In this document: piece after piece, positions 10,020 through 18,008 of the stretch
How the letters are laid out: each line of letters opens with the position of its first letter
Numbering within the stretch: the stretch's first letter is position 1
Assembly: GCA_022842645.1 (NCBI GenBank)
Contig: JALHPE010000002.1
Coordinates: 149,047 to 213,046 of the forward strand
Length of the DNA: 64,000 nucleotides
Direction of reading: 5' to 3'
DNA from: Minisyncoccota bacterium
Lineage (GTDB): Bacteria; Patescibacteriota; Minisyncoccia; Phycocordibacterales; UBA2100
Notes under the pieces: generated by a model
The model's input: the letters and a program-made list of their open reading frames with translations, nothing else
Database searches by the model: none
What the model was told of the DNA's origin: nothing
Translations under genes and position numbers: made by a program

Positions 10020-10091
10020 TGACTCTAGCGGGAATCGAACCCGCCTTCCATCCTTGAGAAGGATGTGTCCTAGCCGATAGACGATAGAGCC
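10020..10091 (-). tRNA. tRNA-Glu (anticodon CTC)
   Basis: Cloverleaf folds by hand: acceptor GGCTCTA/TAGAGTC, D-stem GTCT/GGAC, anticodon stem CATCC/GGATG with loop TTCTCAA, T-arm GCGGG-TTCGATT-CCCGC. Confidence 0.8.
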
Positions 10092-10193
10092 GTAAGGTAA
10101 CGCCACTCAAAAGTAGCAAACATTGACCATGTAGACAAGGTATTGCGTGCGCCTGAGACGGGTGCATACTGACTGCGGGAGAAAGGAGGAAAC

Positions 10194-10361
10194 ATGGAAG
10201 AAATCGTCAACACCCCCGCCCGAAGCTCGTTGTATGAAAAATACATCGAGGAGCTTCGATGCTTCATCTGCGCATACCGCGAAAAAGATCAGGCAGGACT
10301 CGTTCATTGGGCTTCTCAAATACGAATGAGTCGCTGGGCTTTGCGCACACTGCCCGGATGA
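10194..10361 (+). CDS. hypothetical small protein (55 aa)
   Basis: Strong SD GAAAGGAGGAAAC before the ATG; followed by a rho-independent terminator (10389-10415). Confidence 0.4.
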   Translation: MEEIVNTPARSSLYEKYIEELRCFICAYREKDQAGLVHWASQIRMSRWALRTLPG

Positions 10362-10388
10362 AGTTGAGCGAATTACAGAACATCTGTG

Positions 10389-10415
10389 GCGGCCGGGAAA
10401 CCTCGGCCGCTTTTT
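10389..10415 (+). terminator. rho-independent terminator
   Basis: GCGGCCGGG-AAA-CCTCGGCCGC followed by TTTTT. Confidence 0.6.
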
Positions 10416-10417
10416 CC

Positions 10418-11716
10418 TTATCGCATGCGCCAATCCTTATCCATACGCACGAGAAGTTCTCCGGCGCGTTCGGGTTCCGCCATAATTTCAAAGACTGTCT
10501 TTTCCATGCGTATTCCCTGCGAACCTTTGACTAATACCACCACCCCCTCTTTTAATTCTGGCTCGAGTTCCTTTCCTGCGCGAGCAGATTCGTAGTGTTC
10601 ATACGAGCGGATATGTGTTTCAGGCATTCCGTTATTCAAGGCCACTTCCCCTATCGCTTTAGCGCGAAAGCCAACAGTCACAAGAAGATCAGTGGTTTTA
10701 CGAGCTACCTCACCCGCTTCTGTGTGTGCAATTTTAGAGAAACGGCCAAGCTCCAGCATATCGCCTAAAACAGCAATTCGTTTCTTTACGCCTTTGATTT
10801 CTTTGAGAGTTTCCAGTGCGGAGAGGGTCGCCGCGGGAGAGGCGTTGTAGGTATCGTCGATGATAATCGAGCCACGAATTCCCTCGAGGAGGCGCATGCG
10901 CCCCGGAGGCGGAGCAAAATGCGCAAGTGCCTCTCCCGCAGTTTCGAGTGCAATACTCGCGGCCTCAGCAACCGCGAGCGCGCAAAGAGCAGAATAAACA
11001 CGCGGTTTACCGAGTGCACCTGGAATACTTACAGAAATACGCGCATTCGAGTGCTCGCAATAAAAATGCATGCCGATCGGCTTCTTTTCTTCATATTGAA
11101 TACCTGCATCTCTCGCTACAAACGCATTCTGTCCTTCAAAGCCAAAGGTGACTGCAGAATCGGCAAACTCAGCATGGATTTTCTTTGTGTATTCGTCGTC
11201 CCCGTTGATGATGAGGAGTCCGTCAGGGCGCATATGTTCTGCAAGACGTCGCTTCTCCTGCGCGAGAGCGTGAGGAGAATCAAAGTATTCCACATGTACC
11301 GGAATACTTGGAATCGAGGTAATAACCACAATATGCGGGCGGAGCCACCGAGCGATGCGATTGATATCGCCTGGTCTGTCCGCTCCCACCTCAACTACAA
11401 GCCATGCCGGATAGGGATCATTTCCTAGTGCAGTAATGAGTCCCTGCACGAGGTTCACGACCCAGCGCCACGGCGAACCCCATCCGCTCTCAAGCCCGAG
11501 AATGGTGAGTGGTACGCCAAACTCAGAGTTATAGCTTTTTTCGCTTTTGCGCACTGAAAGCCCAGCATGAGAGAGCACGGCAAAAATCGCGTCTTTTGAC
11601 GATGTCTTCCCGGCATTCCCCGTGACAGCGATAATCTTCGGATTGCGACGTTTCAATACAAGCTTTGCTTCCCAGGTGAGGATGGCGACAACAATTGCTC
11701 TTAACACGCGATACAT
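10418..11716 (-). CDS. murF: UDP-N-acetylmuramoyl-tripeptide--D-alanyl-D-alanine ligase (Mur ligase family)
   Basis: Mur ligase P-loop IIAVTGNAGKTSSK; placed downstream of ftsI in the dcw cluster; likely start MYRVLRAIVV (ATG at 11716). Confidence 0.7.
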   Translation of the reverse strand: MYRVLRAIVVAILTWEAKLVLKRRNPKIIAVTGNAGKTSSKDAIFAVLSHAGLSVRKSEKSYNSEFGVPLTILGLESGWGSPWRWVVNLVQGLITALGNDPYPAWLVVEVGADRPGDINRIARWLRPHIVVITSIPSIPVHVEYFDSPHALAQEKRRLAEHMRPDGLLIINGDDEYTKKIHAEFADSAVTFGFEGQNAFVARDAGIQYEEKKPIGMHFYCEHSNARISVSIPGALGKPRVYSALCALAVAEAASIALETAGEALAHFAPPPGRMRLLEGIRGSIIIDDTYNASPAATLSALETLKEIKGVKKRIAVLGDMLELGRFSKIAHTEAGEVARKTTDLLVTVGFRAKAIGEVALNNGMPETHIRSYEHYESARAGKELEPELKEGVVVLVKGSQGIRMEKTVFEIMAEPERAGELLVRMDKDWRMR

Positions 11717-11813
11717 AGGGTTGCTTACACATTGTACTTGAAATAGATATCTAGCACATACTTGCATCCTGTGTATTTCCCCTCTATATTCATAAGAGAA
11801 AGGAAGGTGTGCG

Positions 11814-12044
11814 ATGAAAATCAAAGATCTCCCGCTTGGTACAACTATCGTAACTATCGTTTACGTCGAAACTGAAAGCACGTTTATCGGCAAACTGGCA
11901 AACGCAAGCCTTATTGCCTTCGAGTTCAAATTGGGACTAAAAGTGAAAGTAGGCGACTGTGTCACAATCATCAAAAGAGAGGTGGATTACGTAGTATTGC
12001 CAATTACACTTTCCTTTTTGCCCAAGCGAGGAGCCTCTTCGTGA
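11814..12044 (+). CDS. hypothetical small protein (76 aa)
   Basis: ORF in the gap between murF and ftsI; ends inside a terminator hairpin. Confidence 0.35.
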   Translation: MKIKDLPLGTTIVTIVYVETESTFIGKLANASLIAFEFKLGLKVKVGDCVTIIKREVDYVVLPITLSFLPKRGASS

Positions 12045-12056
12045 GGCTCTTTTTTT
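12031..12056 (+). terminator. rho-independent terminator
   Basis: GAGCCTC-TTCGT-GAGGCTC followed by TTTTTTT. Confidence 0.6.
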
Positions 12057-12060
12057 GCAC

Positions 12061-13782
12061 TCACCGATCGGGGGGAATTTCGTAATAGTTGATCAAAAAC
12101 TTTGCAAGATCGCTAAACGGACGCGCGAGCGTGCGTGAGGCGTACTGCTCACCGCGCGGTTCGATCGCATAGAGAAGCACGATGAAGCGCGGTTCGTGCG
12201 CCGGGAAATAACCAAAAAATGAGTGGAGCCAGCGATCGGTGTAGTAGCCGCCTCCGCCCGGGATCGCAATCTGCGCCGTACCAGTTTTTGCAGCGATAGA
12301 ATGATGTTCCTGCTTGAGCACGCCTTCAAGAAGTGCCTTGTCGTACACAGTAACAAGCATGTTTGTCACTGTTTCTGCCGTTTCGGGCTTAAGCACACGC
12401 ACACCATCGGCAACAGGAATCCTTCGCTCAATACCCGCTTCGGTGCGAATCGCAGTTGCTACATGCGGTTCGGGCATGACACCATCATTTGCCAAAGCGG
12501 CGAGTGCGCGAATCATTGCAATCGGCGTGATTGCGATCGATTGACCAAATGATGCTGAAGCAAAATCCACATCCGCCGCGCCTTGGACGAAGAGTGAATC
12601 AATCGCGCCAGCGATTTCGCCTGGAAGATCAATACCTGTCTCTTCCCCGAGCCCAAAACGCTTCATGTAATCAGCAAAAGCTGCGTTCCCCATTTTGTCG
12701 ACTGCAAACGAGACGCCCGTGTTGAGAGATTGGGAAAGCACTTCTTGCATCGGCACCACACCACGAGCCTTGAAATCGAAATTGCACAGTTTGTAACCCG
12801 TCTTTGTGATACAGCCCCGATCTTCGTATGTAGTTTGTGGCGTAATTGCACCCGCATCGATCGCCGCCGCAATGGTGAGAGGCTTTACAATAGAACCCAT
12901 TTCATAACGCCGCTCAACAAGGGGGTTGGTGAAAATGCTGACATCCTCCACTAAATTAAAAGTGTTGGGGTCAAAACTTGGCGCGAGTGCAAGCGCAAAA
13001 ATTTCACCGCTTTTTGGATCCATCACAATCCCACCTGCTTGTCGTGGGCTGTACCCCTCCATGACTTTTGCGATCGTGTTTTCAAGCTCGCGTTGCGCAA
13101 TCGGCTCAAGTGACGTAATAATGCTTCCCTCCTGTTCAGAAGGGTCAGCAACAAGCGCGCCGAGATTAGAAAAAATCTCTGCAAATGGATTCACGTAAAG
13201 TCCACTCCCTTCGTGGCGAAGTACATCTTCCCAATACCGCTCGAGGCCATAGGCACCTTCTTTGCGCGCACCGCGATAACTTACAAAACCGATCGTGTGC
13301 GCGGCGAGTGTTTCCCCGGGGTAAAAGCGCCATTCATCACGAACGGTAAAAATGCCAGGGATGTCTGCCTTCCGTACTGCGAGCGCTTGCTCATTATTTA
13401 AACGAAACACAGTGTCTTCGTAAGGATCCTCTTTTTTTGCGGCACTGGCTCTAAAACGAGTCTCATCAACCGGTACGATTGCGGAGAGTCGTAGAAGGGC
13501 ATCATCGGGATTCTCAAGTGCTCGCGGATCCATTGCGACACGCCAGCCCTTCTGCATGAGTGCCGCTGCCACGCGCTCACCATCCTTCTTTTTAAAGAAA
13601 ATCTCACCGCGCGGCGCATCATCCGTCACCGCCTCCATATACTGCCCCTCTGCTTTTCGGGCATATTCATCTCCTTTTATGATCTGGAGCTGGTAGAGAC
13701 GCCCCACAAGCACGATGGCGACAAACACCATCCCGATTGAAAGTAAGCGCACGCGAAGTACAAGCCGTCCACGCATGGCCAC
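12061..13782 (-). CDS. ftsI: peptidoglycan D,D-transpeptidase FtsI / penicillin-binding protein 2-type
   Basis: Transpeptidase motifs SIVK (SxxK), SLN (SxN), KTGTA (KTG); N-terminal TM; dcw cluster position. Confidence 0.85.
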   Translation of the reverse strand: MAMRGRLVLRVRLLSIGMVFVAIVLVGRLYQLQIIKGDEYARKAEGQYMEAVTDDAPRGEIFFKKKDGERVAAALMQKGWRVAMDPRALENPDDALLRLSAIVPVDETRFRASAAKKEDPYEDTVFRLNNEQALAVRKADIPGIFTVRDEWRFYPGETLAAHTIGFVSYRGARKEGAYGLERYWEDVLRHEGSGLYVNPFAEIFSNLGALVADPSEQEGSIITSLEPIAQRELENTIAKVMEGYSPRQAGGIVMDPKSGEIFALALAPSFDPNTFNLVEDVSIFTNPLVERRYEMGSIVKPLTIAAAIDAGAITPQTTYEDRGCITKTGYKLCNFDFKARGVVPMQEVLSQSLNTGVSFAVDKMGNAAFADYMKRFGLGEETGIDLPGEIAGAIDSLFVQGAADVDFASASFGQSIAITPIAMIRALAALANDGVMPEPHVATAIRTEAGIERRIPVADGVRVLKPETAETVTNMLVTVYDKALLEGVLKQEHHSIAAKTGTAQIAIPGGGGYYTDRWLHSFFGYFPAHEPRFIVLLYAIEPRGEQYASRTLARPFSDLAKFLINYYEIPPDR

Positions 13783-13796
13783 AGTATACGCGAACC

Positions 13797-14129
13797 TTAC
13801 AGGTCGTTTCGAGATTCCGCAGCGCCGAGAGCGCCCGGCATACGTACAAAACTACGGTCGTCAACAGGCACAAGCCCGAGACTCACGGCACGATCTTCAC
13901 CAATACCCTTCGAAAGTTCAAAATATTCCTGCTCCAGAAGACCAAGCTCGCTGCGCAAACTCTCACTCTCTGCCACTGCTTCGCGATAAGCAATGACATT
14001 CATAATGGAAAAAGAAACAAACCCCACATAGGCAAATATACAAACACCGAGCGCAATACCAAGGAAATGCAGTGCGTGTTCCTCGCCTCGAAAAGCGTGT
14101 ACTCGTATGGAAAAATTAAGTGGTTGCAT
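13797..14129 (-). CDS. ftsL: cell division protein FtsL-like (septum formation initiator family)
   Basis: Small single-TM plus coiled-coil protein located between rsmH and ftsI. Confidence 0.55.
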   Translation of the reverse strand: MQPLNFSIRVHAFRGEEHALHFLGIALGVCIFAYVGFVSFSIMNVIAYREAVAESESLRSELGLLEQEYFELSKGIGEDRAVSLGLVPVDDRSFVRMPGALGAAESRNDL

Positions 14130-14134
14130 GGTGG

Positions 14135-15067
14135 TTAGTGTTTCTGAATAATCCGAAGTTTTGCACTTCGCGCACGAGGATTCATTCGCAGCTCTTCTCG
14201 AGACGGTTTCAAGGGTTTTTTCGGGGTGAGTACTCCTCCCTCTGCTTCAAATTCCCGAAAGAGTCTCTTCACTTCTCGATCCTCAACAGAGTGAAAGGTT
14301 ATGACTGCCAGTCGCCCTTCTTTACGCAGGAGCCCCCAGGCCGCACTGATACCCTCCTTCAGCGCCCCCATTTCGTCGTTAACTGCGATCCGAAGTGCCT
14401 GAAAGGTTTTCGTTGCCGGATGCATCCGCCGGCTGGCGGAGCCCTTGCGATACCATACTGGCACCGAAGAACGAATCACCTCAGCAAGTTCGCGAGCCGT
14501 TTCTATAGGCTTTTCACGTCTTGCCTCGACAATGCCGCGCGCGATGCGTCGCGCATGCGCTTCCTCTCCCCATCCGTCGAACACGTTTACTAACGATTCT
14601 TCTTCCCACGTGTTCACAATCTCGCGCGCGGTGAGTACGTTCTCTCCGGGCTCGCCATACGTCATAAGAAGTGGCTCGTCGGCGAGAAAAGAAAATCCCT
14701 TCCCTTCCGCGAGTTGAAATCCGCTCCAGCCAAGGTCGAATAGCGCCTTATCCAATGCGGATATTTCGGCATCCTGCACAATTGAGGCAAGATTTCGAAA
14801 ATTTCCATGACGAAGAATTACGCGAGGAGACACACCCTTGAGTGCCACCTCGGCTCGTGCGAGTGCCGCGTTATCTGCATCAATTCCAAGAAAGATTCCC
14901 TGCTTTCCCAGTCTTTCACACATAAGGCGAGCATGCCCAGCACCACCGAGAGTCGCATCGAGGACGGTATCCGTCTCACGAATCTCCAGCCCTGTCAGAA
15001 TCTCATTTGAAAGAACACTGATGTGACTCGCTTCCCGTTGAACCACATCGCGATGCCGAAACGGCAT
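14135..15067 (-). CDS. rsmH: 16S rRNA (cytosine1402-N4)-methyltransferase
   Basis: MraW family motifs (HISVL, DATLGGAGHA); start likely MPFRHRDVV. Confidence 0.85.
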   Translation of the reverse strand: MPFRHRDVVQREASHISVLSNEILTGLEIRETDTVLDATLGGAGHARLMCERLGKQGIFLGIDADNAALARAEVALKGVSPRVILRHGNFRNLASIVQDAEISALDKALFDLGWSGFQLAEGKGFSFLADEPLLMTYGEPGENVLTAREIVNTWEEESLVNVFDGWGEEAHARRIARGIVEARREKPIETARELAEVIRSSVPVWYRKGSASRRMHPATKTFQALRIAVNDEMGALKEGISAAWGLLRKEGRLAVITFHSVEDREVKRLFREFEAEGGVLTPKKPLKPSREELRMNPRARSAKLRIIQKH

Positions 15068-15139
15068 CGGGTAGCTAGAGGATGAAAGACGTCGCGTGCG
15101 CATGACGATGATATCCCCTAGCAACCCGGTGCCACTGCG

Positions 15140-15222
15140 TTTGTAGACTGTAGTCTGTAGATTGTAGTTGAATGCATACGATTCCCGTCTTTAACTACAA
15201 ACTACTTTCTACAAACTACACA
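15140..15222. repeat. REP-like imperfect palindrome of TGTAGTTTGTAG/CTACAAACTACA units (copy 1)
   Basis: Left arm TTTGTAGACTGTAGTCTGTAGATTGTAGTT, right arm AACTACAAACTACTTTCTACAAACTACA. The 27-mer ACTACAAACTACTTTCTACAAACTACA is identical to 63157-63183. Confidence 0.7.
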
Positions 15223-15226
15223 CTGC

Positions 15227-15661
15227 TCATAAAGCGCCCACTTCCCCCAGTTTCTCGGCCAAGGCATCTGCTTTCTTTTCGATTGCCGCCTTGTACTCGT
15301 TCCAGCGCTTTGCGTCCCACACCTCGACCCGGTCCGAGACTCCTGCAAAGATCAGAGTTTTTGAAAGACCCGCAAATGCTCTCTGATGTTCTGGAATAAG
15401 AACGCGTCCTGCAGAATCCACTTCAACTTCCGCTGCTCCTGAAAGGATGAAGCGATTGAAGCCGCGTGTGTCTGCCTGTGCGAAAGAAAGTTCTTGCAAT
15501 TTTGCTGCCACTTTCTCCCAGCTCGAACGTGAATAGACGAACAAACAATTATCCAAGCCTCGCGTCATGACCACCTTCCTCCCGAGACCCGTACGGAATT
15601 GCCTCGGGAGAGAGACGCGGCTTTTTTCATCAAGAGTATGTTCGTATTCTCCGATAAACAT
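15227..15661 (-). CDS. mraZ: transcriptional regulator MraZ
   Basis: MFIGEYEHTLDEKSRVSLP... with a duplicated MraZ domain; first gene of the dcw cluster. Confidence 0.85.
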   Translation of the reverse strand: MFIGEYEHTLDEKSRVSLPRQFRTGLGRKVVMTRGLDNCLFVYSRSSWEKVAAKLQELSFAQADTRGFNRFILSGAAEVEVDSAGRVLIPEHQRAFAGLSKTLIFAGVSDRVEVWDAKRWNEYKAAIEKKADALAEKLGEVGAL

Positions 15662-15893
15662 GGCTAAATTTTTTGGGAGGATGGAACGTGCGCGCAACCG
15701 CATTTCCCACTTTCTCCCACTAGATTAGAGTATATTCCACTATATCCCACGCTGCCTCACTTATCCACAAAAAATACCATTCAAAAGCGTCATGAAATAA
15801 TAAGAGGCGCCCGTCAAATGCATTACAACGACGAACGTTTAGGATTACTGCAGGAGCTCCGCACTGGGCGGAGTGACTGGTGAAGGAGGCACT

Positions 15894-16250
15894 ATGACGT
15901 ACGTCCAAAACCCTGGACCACGAGTATGGTTCTATACCGTGCCCTGGTTCGTATCCCTCATGATCTGCGCCGCACCTGCGGGCATGTCTGCACTTGCTTT
16001 ACTTGGTGTCACATTTTCTGATTGGGCATGGAGTGCTCATGTTCTGATAGGCATCGGCATTCTCTTGCTATGCGGCTTGTTTTCGTTGCACATCAGATAT
16101 CCATTTAAAGCGATTGGCTTTTTTATGGGCGCGGGCACGCTTTGGTATATCTGGCACATTCCAGAAATTGAACCCCTTGCATATGCGATGAGCACGCTCA
16201 TTTCATTCATGGGCGCGTTGGTGTGCCACGGCCTTGGGCAGGACGATTAG
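15894..16250 (+). CDS. hypothetical membrane protein
   Basis: Three predicted TM segments; followed by a strong terminator. Confidence 0.4.
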   Translation: MTYVQNPGPRVWFYTVPWFVSLMICAAPAGMSALALLGVTFSDWAWSAHVLIGIGILLLCGLFSLHIRYPFKAIGFFMGAGTLWYIWHIPEIEPLAYAMSTLISFMGALVCHGLGQDD

Positions 16251-16258
16251 TAGTAAAA

Positions 16259-16290
16259 GCGGCCGCCCTCCGGGCGGCCGCGTCTTTTTT
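16259..16290. terminator. bidirectional rho-independent terminator
   Basis: GCGGCCGCCC-TCCG-GGCGGCCGC followed by TTTTTT; A-rich on the other side. Confidence 0.65.
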
Positions 16291-16292
16291 GA

Positions 16293-16718
16293 TCAAAGAT
16301 CACTTTCTCCTGGACAAGCATTTCCTCCGTCTCTAGTCAGCGTAAAATTTCCCCCGTACAACTCCTCACCTTGCACACGCACGATAGTAAGCAGTATTGT
16401 TTCGCGCGCATCGATGTCTTTAGTGATTTCCTCGAATCGACGCAACGTCATGTTGTGTATAGGAACAGCATTGATACCAACAATCCTATCCCCAGCTCTA
16501 ATACCCTGTTTGTAGGGCGAGCTCCCGCAGAGCACAGAGATAATGATCACCTTCCCAATGAATATCTGCGCCGGGTCTACGTTTTCACAAGACTCCTTAT
16601 CGTTGCATACGAAATGCTCTTCGTAGCTGAATTGGAAGCCGAAGCTTGGTTTCGTGCTTTCTGCAGACGCCACTACTACCATCCCGAAAAGGAAGATCAG
16701 TGCGAAAAGTCGAGCCAT
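16293..16718 (-). CDS. secreted PDZ-domain protein
   Basis: Signal peptide MARLFALIFLFGMVVVASA; PDZ-like GIRAGDRIVGINAVPI. Confidence 0.55.
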   Translation of the reverse strand: MARLFALIFLFGMVVVASAESTKPSFGFQFSYEEHFVCNDKESCENVDPAQIFIGKVIIISVLCGSSPYKQGIRAGDRIVGINAVPIHNMTLRRFEEITKDIDARETILLTIVRVQGEELYGGNFTLTRDGGNACPGESDL

Positions 16719-16781
16719 GAGAACACCTCCTATTTTTACTCAACTACCCCCATCTAATCACCACGTATCGCTACGGGCAAG

Positions 16782-17312
16782 CTATATAACTTCTAAAGCC
16801 GGTGCCTCAGGAGACGACTCTTCAGTCGATGTCGGACTCTCTACTGGCGTCGATTCTTCAACTGATACGGGTTCAATTGGTTCCACTTCTTCCTGTGTCT
16901 CACTCGTCACATCAATGTCCTCGCTGGAAAGAGTATCTTGTGTCAGTTCTTGAGAGGCACCTTCTTCCGTCTGTTCAACGGACACAACCGCTTCGGACAC
17001 AGCACCACCAGAACCATCTCCACCACCCCCGCTCGAGGTTGGGTCTTCTGGGATCTCGGACCCTGCCTGATGTGGTGCCTCTTCTTCTTCGATAATCAAA
17101 TCTTCTGTCGTTGTACCGAGAACTGCAGCAAACATCATTTGCTCCGGAAGAACTGGCGGCGACCATTCACCTGCACGAAATACATTGCCAATGGAGCGTT
17201 CGATGTCACTAAAGTAGGAAATGGTTCCCCCTGCACCCCCTGCCATCATAGAAGACATGAAAACGAGTCCTAACACGAGCGCGGTTGATGTGCCGTAGGT
17301 GTCTTTATGCAT
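16782..17312 (-). CDS. possible nested or fused SipW-substrate protein (internal start MHKDTYGTSTALVLGLVF...)
   Basis: In-frame Met at 17310-17312, followed by a hydrophobic stretch and the AGGAGGT-ISYFSDIERSIGNVFRAG motif, then a low-complexity acidic tail; same frame as sipW with no intervening stop. Confidence 0.3.
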   Translation of the reverse strand: MHKDTYGTSTALVLGLVFMSSMMAGGAGGTISYFSDIERSIGNVFRAGEWSPPVLPEQMMFAAVLGTTTEDLIIEEEEAPHQAGSEIPEDPTSSGGGGDGSGGAVSEAVVSVEQTEEGASQELTQDTLSSEDIDVTSETQEEVEPIEPVSVEESTPVESPTSTEESSPEAPALEVI

Positions 17313-18008
17313 ACGAAATTGTGTGTGCCACCACTCCGCGTGCATGAACTGCGGCTTCATATACATTGGAATGAAAATCTCGTCCATCGCGCGTTCGCGT
17401 CCATAAAAGAGACGTAGAGGCGCACCCTCTTCATCCACTGAGCCTGCACCGCCTTTGGGCGTATCATCCTCGCCACGGCGTCTGCGCAGTGCCGCACGCG
17501 CTTCTTTTGCAATCGTGATTATCTCTTCAAGAATAATGAGTCCTGCTGGAAGTCCGATGAGAAGAGCAAAACCAAGCGGCTGGCGTGCAAAATCAAGCAC
17601 AAAGCCCGCGCCCGGCACATGTACCAATACTTTTCCTATCACTTCCCGCAGGGCCACAGAGTCTTGATCGATCTCCTCGTTCGCATCCCCCTTCGTGATG
17701 AAGATTCGTTCAGAGCCAGTGCCTTCCACAGCGACAATGCGGTGGGTGGTGGGAATCTCACTTGCGGTGTCGGGGCCAAAGGTGATTACGTCGCCAACGC
17801 TGTAAGAGAACGACGAGGAAGGCTTCACGATCACCAGTGAGCCCGTCGGAATCGCGGGCTCCATCGAACCCGATTTCACAATCTTAATCTCAATGTTCCC
17901 CGGAATCGGGAGCATCGAACCCACCAGAAGCCCCGCGACACCAAGGAGAGCCGCGATGAAAATAGTGGTGAAAAGTATGTTAATGAATTTGATCATATTA
18001 TCTTCCAA
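16782..18008 (-). CDS. sipW: signal peptidase I, archaeal/SipW type (S26B), with a ~240-aa in-frame C-terminal extension
   Basis: N-terminal TM, catalytic motifs KSGSMEP, THRIV and ITKGDAN, then a second TM. The extension contains ...ALVLGLVFMSSMMAGGAGGTISYFSDIERSIGNVFRAGEW (a SipW-cognate class signal motif) and an acidic S/T/E/P-rich tail. Confidence 0.8.
   Translation of the reverse strand: MEDNMIKFINILFTTIFIAALLGVAGLLVGSMLPIPGNIEIKIVKSGSMEPAIPTGSLVIVKPSSSFSYSVGDVITFGPDTASEIPTTHRIVAVEGTGSERIFITKGDANEEIDQDSVALREVIGKVLVHVPGAGFVLDFARQPLGFALLIGLPAGLIILEEIITIAKEARAALRRRRGEDDTPKGGAGSVDEEGAPLRLFYGRERAMDEIFIPMYMKPQFMHAEWWHTQFRMHKDTYGTSTALVLGLVFMSSMMAGGAGGTISYFSDIERSIGNVFRAGEWSPPVLPEQMMFAAVLGTTTEDLIIEEEEAPHQAGSEIPEDPTSSGGGGDGSGGAVSEAVVSVEQTEEGASQELTQDTLSSEDIDVTSETQEEVEPIEPVSVEESTPVESPTSTEESSPEAPALEVI

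Noticed and set aside
10107-10433. 108-aa minus-strand ORF between tRNA-Glu and murF.
   Set aside because: It overlaps a better-supported plus-strand micro-gene that has a strong SD and terminator; no motifs; its sequence includes the terminator hairpin.
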